64,000 bases of DNA from a virus (taxonomy: Duplodnaviria > Heunggongvirae > Uroviricota > Caudoviricetes). The first letter of the stretch is position 1. Each line of letters starts with the position of its first letter. Positions 9,311 through 19,159 of this stretch are shown here, one piece after another. The stretch covers positions 64,001 to 128,000 of IMG/VR virus record IMGVR_UViG_3300029983_000009; one strand, written 5' to 3'. The translations under genes and the position numbers were made by a program. The notes beneath the pieces are model-generated. The model was not told where the DNA came from and searched no databases. It saw only the letters and a list, made by a program, of their open reading frames with translations.

Positions 9311-9643
9311 ATGAATATATTTAAATTGTTTAAATCTGTACCAAGTCTTGATAATAACTTGATGAATACAGCTAAAGATTTCTTGTCTAGATTAGATATA
9401 AAAAGTATTGATACTGTACAGGGATATATTTTAAAAAATGATAAAATAGTTATGCTAAATTATTATTTTTCTTCTGAATGGTGCAGCGGAGTTAAACTAA
9501 TATTCAAAGTCGTTGATAACAAATTGAAATTTAGTAAAATTGGTAAATTTGGGTGGAGAGATGAAAAATATCATACAGAAGATAATCAAAAAAAATTAGA
9601 TGATTTTATATTAGATATTCAAAAACATGATTTCGAAATTTAA
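9311..9643 (+). CDS. hypothetical protein
   Basis: 110-aa ORF. Confidence 0.75.
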   Translation: MNIFKLFKSVPSLDNNLMNTAKDFLSRLDIKSIDTVQGYILKNDKIVMLNYYFSSEWCSGVKLIFKVVDNKLKFSKIGKFGWRDEKYHTEDNQKKLDDFILDIQKHDFEI

Positions 9644-9689
9644 ACACAAATAAATATTAATACTAAAACAATTAAAAATTTTTAAAAAA

Positions 9690-10229
9690 ATGAAGAAAAT
9701 TATTATTCTCACTGTTGTAGGAATTGCTGCACTAATCGCAATTTCAGTATTTTTTACTTATGTATCAGTTAATAACAGCTCTATTCAGAAGTATAAAGCT
9801 TGTGAAGCACAGAACGGTAACATTGAAGCAGTTCATAATGAAATGTGGACAATTCTTAAAGATCAAGCAAAAATACCTGCAGCATATGCAGACAAGTTTG
9901 ATAAGATTTATACTGATATGATTGGTGGTCGTTATTCAAAAGGAGATGGTACATTAATGAAATGGATTCAAGAATCTAATCCTAAATTTGATAATACTTT
10001 ATATGTAACTTTAATGAATAGTGTTGAAATTCAACGTACCAACTTCGCTAATCAGCAAAAACGAATGATAGATATGAAACGTGATTATGATACATATATA
10101 ACTCAAATTCCAGCAAAATGGTTTGTGACAAAAGAAAACTCTAAACAATTTGTTTATATACCAATTTCTTGTACAGAAACAAAAGATGTTATGAAAACTC
10201 GAGTCGATGATAATGAGATTTCACTATAA
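9690..10229 (+). CDS. LemA-like N-anchored membrane protein
   Basis: N-terminal TM, helical body, C-terminal YDTYITQIPAKWF resembling LemA YN..i..fP..lf. Confidence 0.6.
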   Translation: MKKIIILTVVGIAALIAISVFFTYVSVNNSSIQKYKACEAQNGNIEAVHNEMWTILKDQAKIPAAYADKFDKIYTDMIGGRYSKGDGTLMKWIQESNPKFDNTLYVTLMNSVEIQRTNFANQQKRMIDMKRDYDTYITQIPAKWFVTKENSKQFVYIPISCTETKDVMKTRVDDNEISL

Positions 10230-10249
10230 TAAAAAATAAGAAATTTAAT

Positions 10250-10282
10250 AAAAGCTGTATATGTTATATACAGCTTTTTTTT
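10250..10282 (+). terminator. intrinsic terminator
   Basis: AAAGCTGTATA-tgt-TATACAGCTTT followed by T run. Confidence 0.8.
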
Positions 10283-10326
10283 GTTAAAAATTATTAATCA
10301 TATTTTATTATATGACTAATTAGTTG

Positions 10327-10334
10327 TATCTTTG
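10327..10334 (+). promoter_or_regulatory. Bacteroidota-type -7 element
   Basis: TATCTTTG upstream of ORF 10358. Confidence 0.6.
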
Positions 10335-10357
10335 TACATAATTTAAAAATAAATAAT

Positions 10358-10777
10358 ATGGATAAATCTGGATTTTTAACTGTAGATTATGATGATTCAT
10401 TACAATCATCATATGTAGCTCTTATCTTATATTATGGAGATAAGAAAGAAATGAGATTTGACACTGGTAATCCTTTGATTGATTGGTATGACTTTTGTAA
10501 AATTGTATTTGATGGTGAGGAATCAGAAAAATATAATATGTCAGGAGTTGGGTATTCATCTTCTGTTGATCACTGGTTTATGGATGGTAATGAATATATC
10601 GAAAAGTATTTGAAATTAAATGATAATGATGAATATGATTTTATTTTAACTGAAGAATTAAATAATTTGTCATTATCAGAATTAAATTCTCTTAAAAGAT
10701 GCGTAATACAAAAAGATATGAAATCTTTTCAAGAGTTAAAAAAATATTATTCAGAACATAAAAATAAATATATTTAA
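10358..10777 (+). CDS. hypothetical protein
   Basis: 139-aa ORF. Confidence 0.8.
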   Translation: MDKSGFLTVDYDDSLQSSYVALILYYGDKKEMRFDTGNPLIDWYDFCKIVFDGEESEKYNMSGVGYSSSVDHWFMDGNEYIEKYLKLNDNDEYDFILTEELNNLSLSELNSLKRCVIQKDMKSFQELKKYYSEHKNKYI

Positions 10778-10795
10778 TACTAAAAATCTAAAAAT

Positions 10796-12010
10796 ATGAC
10801 GACAATCATTTATTTTATTCCAATTGTAATTGCTATTTTTATCTTTATTTTTTTCAGAACAAAAGTTGTTTGGTGGGAATATCTAATAGTTATTGTACCA
10901 ACCTTATTGCTAACACTAATTATTAGTACAGTGATGATTCATAGTAGAACGCAAGCAACAGAGTACTTTGGTGATTATGTTACTGAGGCACATGATTATG
11001 AATTTTGGGACGAATGGATTACAGAAACTTGCTCAAGAACAGTAGATGATGGTAATGGTAAATCTCATAGTGAATCATATGATTGTTCTCATAGAGATGA
11101 CCATCCTGAACATTGGACACAAGTATTATCAAATGGTAAGGAACAAGAAATATCAAAAGATGAATATTATAAATTATTAAAATCCTGGAATGCTCGTAAA
11201 ATATTTGTAGATATGAACAGAGATTTTTATAATAATGATGGTAATATGTATAATATTAAATGGGACAATAATATTTATAGCTCAAAAACTATCACAACCG
11301 AACACTCATATACAAATAAAATTAATAGTTCATATTCTATATTTGGATTCTCAAAAATATCAAAGAAAGTAGCAAAAGAAGATGGATTATATGATTATCC
11401 AAATTTATATTCAAATAATGATGGTTCTAATGGTATGTTCTCAAGTGGAAGTGGTACTAATGATCAATCACCATTTTTAGGCTACAAACCAACTTTAAAA
11501 GAATTAAAATCTTGGCAATATATTAATGGATATTATGGTCAAAAAAATCAAATAAGAGTATTTTTAATGTTCTATTATAATAAATCTCGTTCAATAGTAA
11601 AAGAGCAACAAAGTTATTGGTTAGGTGGTAATAAGAATGAACTTGTTCTGTGTTTTGGACTTGATTCTATATCTAAAAATATACAATGGGTAGATGCATT
11701 CTCTTGGAGTGATAAACCAACATTTGAAGTTAATTTTAGAAGTTACTATAATGGTAAAACTAAATTGAATTTAGAAGAATTAGCTAATTGGACAGAAAGT
11801 AATATACCAAAATATTGGCAACGAAAACAATTTAAAGATTTTGAATATATTGATGTTGATTTGAGTAGCGCACAGCAAATTTGGTTGTTTATAATTATAC
11901 TTATTGTATCATTAGGATTATCTGTATATGTAATATTAAATAACTATTATTATGATAAAAACGGCCGTGTTGTAGATGAAAATAATAAATGGAACAATTA
12001 TAGGTATTAA
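10796..12010 (+). CDS. membrane protein (2 N-terminal TM, 1 C-terminal TM) with large soluble domain
   Basis: Hydrophobic segments; WLGGNKNELV motif. Confidence 0.8.
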   Translation: MTTIIYFIPIVIAIFIFIFFRTKVVWWEYLIVIVPTLLLTLIISTVMIHSRTQATEYFGDYVTEAHDYEFWDEWITETCSRTVDDGNGKSHSESYDCSHRDDHPEHWTQVLSNGKEQEISKDEYYKLLKSWNARKIFVDMNRDFYNNDGNMYNIKWDNNIYSSKTITTEHSYTNKINSSYSIFGFSKISKKVAKEDGLYDYPNLYSNNDGSNGMFSSGSGTNDQSPFLGYKPTLKELKSWQYINGYYGQKNQIRVFLMFYYNKSRSIVKEQQSYWLGGNKNELVLCFGLDSISKNIQWVDAFSWSDKPTFEVNFRSYYNGKTKLNLEELANWTESNIPKYWQRKQFKDFEYIDVDLSSAQQIWLFIIILIVSLGLSVYVILNNYYYDKNGRVVDENNKWNNYRY

Positions 12011-12013
12011 AAA

Positions 12014-12952
12014 ATGAAAGAAGAAAAAAGATTAGTTATGACTTGTGGATTACCTGCTGCAGGTAAATCAGGTATTGTTGAATCTTATGTTGATTATAAT
12101 TACACCTTATTATCAAGAGATATTGAAGGTGGTACATTAATTTCACTTAATAAGAAACTTGAAGCACTGATGATAGATGGTGTTGATATTGTATTAGATG
12201 GTACATATACAACTAAGTTATCTCGTTCTGAAGTTATTGAATTAGCAAAAAAATATGACTACTATATAATTTGCCTTTATTTCACCACAAAGATTGAAGA
12301 TTGTATGTTCAATCAGGTAACAAGAATGATAAGAAAATATGATAGATTATTTACAGAATTAAGTGATTATTCTAAAGTTAATGATCCACATATGTTTCCT
12401 GTAGCTGCACTTTATAAAATGAATAAACATTTTGAAACACCAGAATTATCAGAAGGTATTGATGATATAGAAAAAATAGATTTCAAAAGATATCCATCAG
12501 AGTATAAAAATAAAGCAATCTTCTTTGATTATGACGGCACTTTGAGATTAACGAAAAGTGGAGGACATTATCCAACAGATATTAGTGATATTGAAATAAT
12601 TCCTGGTAGAACAGAAAAACTTTTAGAATTACAGAGTCAAGGTTATATATTACTTGGTGTTTCAAATCAAAGTGGTATAGCAAAAGGATTATTAACTCAT
12701 GAGACTGCAATAGAATGTTTTGAAAAGACAAATGAAATGTTAGGAGTTAATATTGATTATAAATATTGCGGGCACTCTGTTCCTCCAATCACTTGCTATT
12801 GTAGAAAGCCAGGAGTTGGCTTTGGAGTTGAATTCATTGAGAAATATAAACTTGATCCATCACAATGTATAATGGTTGGAGATTTGACAAGTGATAAAAC
12901 ATTCGCTAAACGATGTGGCTTTAAATATGTTGATGCCTCTAATTTTTTCTAA
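12014..12952 (+). CDS. P-loop kinase (AAA_33/PNK-like) fused to HAD-IIIA phosphatase (GmhB/PNKP-like)
   Basis: Walker A GLPAAGKS, IVLDGT, DYDGT, SNQSGIAKG, CGHS...CYCRKP, MVGD..SD. Confidence 0.88.
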   Translation: MKEEKRLVMTCGLPAAGKSGIVESYVDYNYTLLSRDIEGGTLISLNKKLEALMIDGVDIVLDGTYTTKLSRSEVIELAKKYDYYIICLYFTTKIEDCMFNQVTRMIRKYDRLFTELSDYSKVNDPHMFPVAALYKMNKHFETPELSEGIDDIEKIDFKRYPSEYKNKAIFFDYDGTLRLTKSGGHYPTDISDIEIIPGRTEKLLELQSQGYILLGVSNQSGIAKGLLTHETAIECFEKTNEMLGVNIDYKYCGHSVPPITCYCRKPGVGFGVEFIEKYKLDPSQCIMVGDLTSDKTFAKRCGFKYVDASNFF

Positions 12953-12975
12953 TTTTTATTAAAATATATTAAATT

Positions 12976-13006
12976 AAGCCTTGAATATTTTATATTCAAG
13001 GCTTTT
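12976..13006 (+). terminator. intrinsic terminator
   Basis: AAGCCTTGAATA-ttt-TATTCAAGGCTT plus T run. Confidence 0.8.
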
Positions 13007-13010
13007 TATA

Positions 13011-13018
13011 TACCTTTG
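13011..13018 (+). promoter_or_regulatory. Bacteroidota-type -7 element
   Basis: TACCTTTG upstream of ORF 13046. Confidence 0.6.
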
Positions 13019-13045
13019 TATTGTAATTAAAAAATAAACAGCAAT

Positions 13046-13312
13046 ATGAAAGAGCCTAACGATATTATTAATATTCCTACAATTGATAATTATGATATGT
13101 TTGATTCTAATAGAGATAGAGCAGATTATATGAATATGGAGCATTGTCCATGTTGTGGTAAAGCATTAAAAACACCAAAATATTTCATTAATTCAATATA
13201 CGGCGGCGCAATGTATAAAGCTGATGATAAAGAATCATATCCTGATGCATGGGTTATGGGAGTTGGTTCAGAATGTAGAAAAAAGTTTCCAGAAGGATAT
13301 ATTTTTAAATAA
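13046..13312 (+). CDS. hypothetical zinc-binding protein
   Basis: CPCCGKAL and VGSECRKK. Confidence 0.75.
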   Translation: MKEPNDIINIPTIDNYDMFDSNRDRADYMNMEHCPCCGKALKTPKYFINSIYGGAMYKADDKESYPDAWVMGVGSECRKKFPEGYIFK

Positions 13313-13320
13313 TTCATATT

Positions 13321-13563
13321 ATGAAAGAAAAAATTTTTAAATTATTTTTTAATTTTTTATTATTTATCATGTATGGATATATGTTTTCATGTATGATTGG
13401 TGGAATTAAAATTACTCATGATTTATATAATATACATTATTATTCAACTTATAAGTGTATTGAGAATTATGTGGTTTTTGGATTAGGAACATTTTTTACT
13501 TTTTTTGTTCTAATTACAATAATAATAATTTCTTATAATTTATTAAAAAATAAAAAAAATTGA
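13321..13563 (+). CDS. hypothetical membrane protein
   Basis: Two hydrophobic stretches. Confidence 0.65.
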   Translation: MKEKIFKLFFNFLLFIMYGYMFSCMIGGIKITHDLYNIHYYSTYKCIENYVVFGLGTFFTFFVLITIIIISYNLLKNKKN

Positions 13564-13564
13564 A

Positions 13565-13720
13565 ATGAGATTTATAATAGTATTATTAAGATTATTTTCT
13601 TTGTTATTAGGATTTATTGGAATTTTTACTTGCGTTATATTAGTAGGATTCTTACTTATAGCATTGGCTCAGGATATTAATGAATTTTCAGATAAACTAG
13701 AATTTAAATATATTAAATAA
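13565..13720 (+). CDS. small membrane protein (51 aa, not in ORF track)
   Basis: Hand translation MRFIIVLLRLFSLLLGFIGIFTCVILVGFLLIALAQDINEFSDKLEFKYIK*. Confidence 0.55.
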   Translation: MRFIIVLLRLFSLLLGFIGIFTCVILVGFLLIALAQDINEFSDKLEFKYIK

Positions 13721-13730
13721 AAATAAAATT

Positions 13731-14453
13731 ATGCCAAAAATTTATGAAGTAGGTGGAGCGGTCAGAGACCGTATCTTAGGAGTTGATTGTAAGGACATTG
13801 ACTTTACTTTTGTATTGGATGATAAGAATCAATCTGTTGAATCTGGATTCATGGATATGGAGTTATGGCTACGTAAAAATGGTTATACTATTTATAATTC
13901 AACGCCAAGATGTTTTACAATTAAAGCAAAATTTCCAAAGGGTCATAAACATGACGGTTTGACTGCAGACTTTGTAATGGCAAGAAAGGAAATTGGTTAT
14001 TATGAAGGTACAAGACGTCCAATTTTAGAACTTGGTACTCTTGAAGATGATTTAATCAGACGTGATTTCACATTAAATGCGATGGCACTTGATGAAAATG
14101 GTACATTGATTGATTTGTTTGATGGAGTTAAAGACCTTAAAATGGGAATTCTTAGAACACCAAGACCTTGTGAGCTTACATTTGATGAGGATTCCCTAAG
14201 AATCTTAAGATGTGTGAGATTTTGTATTACAAAAGGATTCAGAATGACTGATGAAATTGAAATTGCTATCAAAAATTATGATTATGAATCAAAAATGAAA
14301 GTAGTTTCAAGTGAAAGAATTCAAGATGAACTTACTAAGTGTTTCAAATTTGATACATTGAAAACAATATTAGTATTAAATGAATTTCCTACTTTGAGAG
14401 ATTATGTATTTAATCATACTAAGATGTGGCTGAAACCTTCATTTCAAAAATAA
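13731..14453 (+). CDS. class II tRNA nucleotidyltransferase/poly(A) polymerase (CCA-adding-type head domain, no HD domain)
   Basis: VGGAVRD, DIDF, RRDFTLNAMA, EDSLRILR, VSSERI. Confidence 0.9.
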   Translation: MPKIYEVGGAVRDRILGVDCKDIDFTFVLDDKNQSVESGFMDMELWLRKNGYTIYNSTPRCFTIKAKFPKGHKHDGLTADFVMARKEIGYYEGTRRPILELGTLEDDLIRRDFTLNAMALDENGTLIDLFDGVKDLKMGILRTPRPCELTFDEDSLRILRCVRFCITKGFRMTDEIEIAIKNYDYESKMKVVSSERIQDELTKCFKFDTLKTILVLNEFPTLRDYVFNHTKMWLKPSFQK

Positions 14454-14457
14454 ATAA

Positions 14458-14495
14458 AAAAAAAGAGTTGTGATTTAAGTCACAACTCTTTTTTT
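14458..14495. terminator. bidirectional intrinsic terminator
   Basis: AAAAGAGTTGTGA-tttaag-TCACAACTCTTTT between convergent genes. Confidence 0.85.
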
Positions 14496-14694
14496 ATTTA
14501 TTCTTTAAACGTTTATTTAAAATTTCACTTATAACATAATTAATATCATTATTTGTTGGCTTATAGCCTTCAATTGTAGTGGATTTAAAATTTTTAACTG
14601 CACTATTTATTGCAACTAAAATTTGAAGTTTTAATTCTTCTCTTATCCTCCAATTTTCAAATTCCTTTATTTCTTTTTCTTTATCTGTTTTCAT
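14494..14694 (-). CDS. hypothetical protein
   Basis: 66-aa ORF. Confidence 0.65.
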   Translation of the reverse strand: MKTDKEKEIKEFENWRIREELKLQILVAINSAVKNFKSTTIEGYKPTNNDINYVISEILNKRLKNK

Positions 14695-14701
14695 AATATT
14701 A

Positions 14702-15040
14702 TTAATAACAATGCTTCATGTAATTCTTTAAATAGCAATCAATATTTTCTCGACCTACTGTATTAGCTGATTGCATAGCATATAAAGGTATCTTTAAACT
14801 TTTGTTGTCACAGTATCTACATAGCCATTTGGCACATTCATATCCATCCCCATTGCCTGTACCTAAGTCATGATCAAAACATATACCATCAGGTAATCCA
14901 TTAATCATTATCCAATCTTCAAATTCCATTTGGGTTGTCACCCAATTCACATCAACATCTCTTCCTATTGGGCTAAAAACTAGCCAATCATTTTCTAATG
15001 GATCACGAGAATCATCTAGCCACAGTAATGTTTTTTTCAT
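14702..15040 (-). CDS. cyclic-phosphate-processing receiver-like domain protein
   Basis: LWLDD.R.P, FDHDLG, GYECAKWL, QSANTVG motifs typical of this phage-common family. Confidence 0.7.
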   Translation of the reverse strand: MKKTLLWLDDSRDPLENDWLVFSPIGRDVDVNWVTTQMEFEDWIMINGLPDGICFDHDLGTGNGDGYECAKWLCRYCDNKSLKIPLYAMQSANTVGRENIDCYLKNYMKHCY

Positions 15041-15194
15041 TTTTTGATTTAAATTTATTCTTAATTGAGTTATATGTTATTTTTAAAAAAGTTTTAATTA
15101 ATGATAATAAAATTATTACGCATAATGATAACGCTAACCAAATCAAAGCGAAAAATAAAATTGTTTTATTTATTATATCTAATGTTTTATACAT
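15012..15194 (-). CDS. small membrane protein
   Basis: One hydrophobic helix; TATATTTG at 15218-15225 on minus strand upstream. Confidence 0.5.
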   Translation of the reverse strand: MYKTLDIINKTILFFALIWLALSLCVIILLSLIKTFLKITYNSIKNKFKSKNEKNITVAR

Positions 15195-15268
15195 TTTTTG
15201 TCTATTAATTTTTTATTCAAATATAATCAAAAAAAATGAATTATGAACTTAATAATTCATTTTTATTG

Positions 15269-15487
15269 TTAATCATTTTTATTATATATCATATTAGGTA
15301 AATTATTATCACACGCATATTTTTTACCTATACTTATTATTTCTTCTTCTGATGCATCTTTGAAATTATATTCTACTTCATTTTCATCACACCATCTTTT
15401 ATAATAAATATAATATTTATCTAATGATGTACCTGGAATCTGATTGGTATCAGCTTCATTTAGTTCTTTGAATTTTTTTATTTTCAT
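15269..15487 (-). CDS. hypothetical protein with CTS-like N-terminus only
   Basis: ATG at 15487 gives MKIKKFKELNE. Confidence 0.7.
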   Translation of the reverse strand: MKIKKFKELNEADTNQIPGTSLDKYYIYYKRWCDENEVEYNFKDASEEEIISIGKKYACDNNLPNMIYNKND

Positions 15488-15503
15488 TTGTTTATATGTT
15501 ATT

Positions 15504-15866
15504 TTATAAATTGAATTTTTGAACATTCAACATTTGTTCTAAATAATCTTTATTTTTGTGATAAAATTTAACTTGAGAATATTTAAAATCTTTTGAATGT
15601 ATGAATTTATCTCCATCTTTATAATAGCCAAACCATGTTCCAATTTCTTTATCTTCTTTATATGTCATATCTTCATAAATTACTCTAATATCATTATGAT
15701 CATAATCCCATGTTTTAGAAACTACTTTACCTATATGATTATTTATATAATTTATAAATTCATTAACTTTAAATCCAGTGTAAATATCACTTGTTGCATT
15801 AATTAATACATAATCACCCTCTTTTGGTACGTCTTTATTATTTTCAAATGTTTTTATGTGCTTCAT
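15504..15866 (-). CDS. cassette protein, GDYV/SH3-like
   Basis: MKHIKTFE...EGDYVL...QKFNL. Confidence 0.85.
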   Translation of the reverse strand: MKHIKTFENNKDVPKEGDYVLINATSDIYTGFKVNEFINYINNHIGKVVSKTWDYDHNDIRVIYEDMTYKEDKEIGTWFGYYKDGDKFIHSKDFKYSQVKFYHKNKDYLEQMLNVQKFNL

Positions 15867-16354
15867 ATGTTGAATTTATTTGCGGTTTTTTTCATTAAAT
15901 ATTCTTTATATCTTTCAGGATAGGTTTCTATTATATGTTGTAATATTATAGGATTTGATGTATCAATTTTACTAAATATATCTTCACCCTTTAAATTTTC
16001 AATTTTCATATCAATTCCAGATTTCATTAATAAATCAATAATATTATCAATATTTTTTTTTAATATTTTATATGTATAATTACCATTATGAGTAATAAAA
16101 AATAAGCAAGTTTCATTAAATCTATTTGTTAAATTAACATCAGCATTATTTTCAATTAATAATTTAATTATACTGTAATTTAATTTTAATACTGCTTTAA
16201 TTAACGGTGTCCTACTTTTACTAGCATCAAAACAATTTACATCAGCACCATCTAATATCAATTCTCTTACTTTCTGTGTTGATGCTTTATTTTCTGAATA
16301 TTCCAATAATTCAGAATTTAATTCTTTCTGAGTATATGTAACTATATGTTTCAT
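15863..16354 (-). CDS. cassette protein, ankyrin repeats
   Basis: GADVN..RTPLIKAV, NADVNLTN; NKFNI. Confidence 0.85.
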   Translation of the reverse strand: MKHIVTYTQKELNSELLEYSENKASTQKVRELILDGADVNCFDASKSRTPLIKAVLKLNYSIIKLLIENNADVNLTNRFNETCLFFITHNGNYTYKILKKNIDNIIDLLMKSGIDMKIENLKGEDIFSKIDTSNPIILQHIIETYPERYKEYLMKKTANKFNI

Positions 16355-16869
16355 AAGTTAAATTTATTAGCTATTTTTTTAGTAGTATATAATTCACTTT
16401 TATCAGGATATTTATTCATGATTTTTTTTGATTCATCATTTGTTAAATATTCATGAAATTCATAATGATATATATCACGAATATTCCAATTTGCTCCTTC
16501 TTCAATTAATAATTCCATCACATCAAAATGTTTTCTTGATGCTGCCCATATCAATGCACTTCTACCATCATGATCAACTAAATCTATATTTGCTCCTGCA
16601 TCTATTAATTCTTTTGCTATTTGTTTATATATATGAATATAATTAGAACTTTTATTATTTATATGACACTCTGAAATCGAACACACGATTAAAGGTGTTC
16701 TATCAAGCCAATGAACATTTATATCATCAATAACACAATCATTATCAATAGCGTATCTCACCTTTTCTAATAATTTTATAGCATCAGAATCTGAATATAC
16801 TTCGCTATCTAATATATAATTCAAATCTAAAGATGCATCATATTTTTCATATTTTTTTAAGTATTTCAT
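16351..16869 (-). CDS. cassette protein, ankyrin repeats
   Basis: RTPLI, GANIDLVDHDGRSALIWAA; NKFNL. Confidence 0.85.
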   Translation of the reverse strand: MKYLKKYEKYDASLDLNYILDSEVYSDSDAIKLLEKVRYAIDNDCVIDDINVHWLDRTPLIVCSISECHINNKSSNYIHIYKQIAKELIDAGANIDLVDHDGRSALIWAASRKHFDVMELLIEEGANWNIRDIYHYEFHEYLTNDESKKIMNKYPDKSELYTTKKIANKFNL

Positions 16870-17249
16870 ATATTAAATTTATTTGCAGTGATTTCAGTTT
16901 CAATATCATTTTTATTATTAATATGAGTCCAATCTGTTAACTCATTTAAATAGTTTTTCATAATATTTGCATCTGATGTGTTAATATGGGATTTTAATGT
17001 ATCATAACGTATATAACCATAATAATGCATAGATTTACTCATTGTATACTCATTAGATTTAATAAATACTATAATATTGAATATGTATTTTTCATCTACT
17101 CTATAATATAATTCAAAATCAAATTTATAATTAGTTAGAGTTTTAATTTCATCATATAAATCAGTAAAATCGTTATTTGATACATATATTTTTTTTAAAT
17201 ATGGATCTATTGATATCTCTCTACTTTCAAACTTTTTTAAGTATTTCAT
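16866..17249 (-). CDS. cassette protein, unknown payload
   Basis: MKYLKKFE...NKFNI. Confidence 0.85.
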   Translation of the reverse strand: MKYLKKFESREISIDPYLKKIYVSNNDFTDLYDEIKTLTNYKFDFELYYRVDEKYIFNIIVFIKSNEYTMSKSMHYYGYIRYDTLKSHINTSDANIMKNYLNELTDWTHINNKNDIETEITANKFNI

Positions 17250-17605
17250 AAATTAAATTTATTTGTATCTGATAGATATGGTAATTCTTCTTTACTTGTT
17301 GGTGTCCAAACTTTATCTGATTTTACAATACTTCTAATATTATCAAGTGACATATTTGGATTTATTAGTTCTTGTGACTTTTTATTTATTTTGAACTCAA
17401 TTGAGATAAGAAAATTATATTCACTTACCGTATATGCATAAGCATCTATTTTAATGAATTTATTATGATAAGATATATCATAATCTATTCTATTTTTATC
17501 TAATATATCAAGATGGTTATAGATATTTTCAAGTTTAAAATATACTTTGAAAAATACAGTACAACCAACATTACTCATTTCATTAAATTGTATAAATGTT
17601 TTCAT
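17246..17605 (-). CDS. cassette protein, unknown payload
   Basis: MKTFIQFNE...NKFNL. Confidence 0.85.
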   Translation of the reverse strand: MKTFIQFNEMSNVGCTVFFKVYFKLENIYNHLDILDKNRIDYDISYHNKFIKIDAYAYTVSEYNFLISIEFKINKKSQELINPNMSLDNIRSIVKSDKVWTPTSKEELPYLSDTNKFNL

Positions 17606-17988
17606 ATATTAAATTTTTTAGAGCTTATTATTAAATTTACATCTTCTAAATTTATAATATTAGCATTTTTATTATTTTTTATTAATTCTATATTTTCTTC
17701 TTTTTTTAAATCTACATTAGTTATACTTGATATATTAAACATACCAATTAACTCAGAACTAATAATTTTATATTCATATTCATTACATGGAAATAAATAT
17801 AAGTAAAAAAACTCATCTCCTTTAGTGGTATTATTAAATAGAACATATTCAATGTTATATCTATTTGCTTGTTCAATGTCGTAATATATATCTGATATAT
17901 TATGTCTACCTGATTCATAATATCTTCTGAAATATATAGAAAAATATTTGTTTTTTATAGATTCATAGAATTGATTGAATGTTTTCAT
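17602..17988 (-). CDS. cassette protein, unknown payload
   Basis: MKTFNQFYES...KKFNI. Confidence 0.85.
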   Translation of the reverse strand: MKTFNQFYESIKNKYFSIYFRRYYESGRHNISDIYYDIEQANRYNIEYVLFNNTTKGDEFFYLYLFPCNEYEYKIISSELIGMFNISSITNVDLKKEENIELIKNNKNANIINLEDVNLIISSKKFNI

Positions 17989-18413
17989 ATATTGAATTTA
18001 TTTGTCATATTATTTAACTCCCATTGATAACAAGTAGTTTTTTTCAATTCTTCAAATTTATCTTGAGCAGTTTTTAATGATGATGATAAAAAAACTCTTT
18101 CAAATGTGTCACTGTTAATATTTAAATATTTTATTCCTATATTTATTCTTTCTGAGTTTTTCAAGTCTATTTCATCTATTTCGCATACATATGAAATTAT
18201 ATCAATTTTTAATCTTATTCCATCATCAAATTCTGTTGGCTCCAGAATTCTACACAAAGCTAAATAGTTATTCATTTTACCATATTTCCAATGATAAATA
18301 TTAGATTTGTATATCATATAAAAGCCTGGAATATAATTATTTATCATATCATTGAACTTATTCTTTGACTTCATTTTATCTTTATAATTCTCATAAATTT
18401 TTAAATGTTTCAT
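17985..18413 (-). CDS. cassette protein, unknown payload
   Basis: MKHLKIYE...NKFNI. Confidence 0.85.
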   Translation of the reverse strand: MKHLKIYENYKDKMKSKNKFNDMINNYIPGFYMIYKSNIYHWKYGKMNNYLALCRILEPTEFDDGIRLKIDIISYVCEIDEIDLKNSERINIGIKYLNINSDTFERVFLSSSLKTAQDKFEELKKTTCYQWELNNMTNKFNI

Positions 18414-18754
18414 AAATTATATTTGTTTGTAGCTTCTTTTTTTAATAAATATTCAGAATATTCATTTGGGTATTTTTTCTTGATTATTTCAAGTTGCTTG
18501 TCACTCAACAAATATGTAAAATCATATCCTTTGTTGTTTATAATATTCCAATCTGCTCCTGCTTTAATAAGAATCTCAACAATTGACATAAAATCATGAT
18601 TAGCAGCATAAAATATTGGTGTACGACCTTCCATATCCTGAATATTTATGTCTACATTAAACCTAATTAATTTTTTAACTAATTTTTCATCGTCATTTAT
18701 GATAGCCTTGAATAAATCTATTCCTTTAGATTCAAACGTTTTTATATATTTCAT
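18410..18754 (-). CDS. cassette protein, ankyrin repeats
   Basis: DINIQDMEGRTPIFYAA, GADWNI; NKYNL. Confidence 0.88.
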   Translation of the reverse strand: MKYIKTFESKGIDLFKAIINDDEKLVKKLIRFNVDINIQDMEGRTPIFYAANHDFMSIVEILIKAGADWNIINNKGYDFTYLLSDKQLEIIKKKYPNEYSEYLLKKEATNKYNL

Positions 18755-19155
18755 ATGTTAAATTTATTTGATTCTCTTTTTAAATAAAAATCTTCTTTTG
18801 TTATCTGACTCATTACATCATATATATTTCCTTTTATTTCAAAGTTGTATGTACGAGATTCAAATGTTATTAAATTTAATCCATAAATAGTTTCTAAATA
18901 TTCTTCAATAATATTAAACATCTCATTATATATACTAATGAATAAATCATCTCCTTCTATCTCAGTACTAATTGATAATTTTTTTGATCTTTCAGATTTT
19001 GAACTGTAGTAATAAAAATCATATTCTAAATTTGAACTTGAATGATTTGATTTCATATTATAATCTAATGATGTTATAAAACTATTTAGAAAAATAATGA
19101 ATATCTTATTATCTGATGAAGTTTCAATACTTTCATATGTTTTTATATATCTCAT
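18751..19155 (-). CDS. cassette protein, unknown payload (family with 58995, 61593, 62021)
   Basis: MRYIKTYE...ITKEDFYL..NKFNI. Confidence 0.85.
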   Translation of the reverse strand: MRYIKTYESIETSSDNKIFIIFLNSFITSLDYNMKSNHSSSNLEYDFYYYSSKSERSKKLSISTEIEGDDLFISIYNEMFNIIEEYLETIYGLNLITFESRTYNFEIKGNIYDVMSQITKEDFYLKRESNKFNI

Positions 19156-19159
19156 AATA

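Larger units (their letters stand above)
15504..19155 (-). repeat. cassette array 2: 9 genes downstream of PPK2
   Basis: Eight ATGA junctions with KFN[LI]/KYNL tails. Confidence 0.9.
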
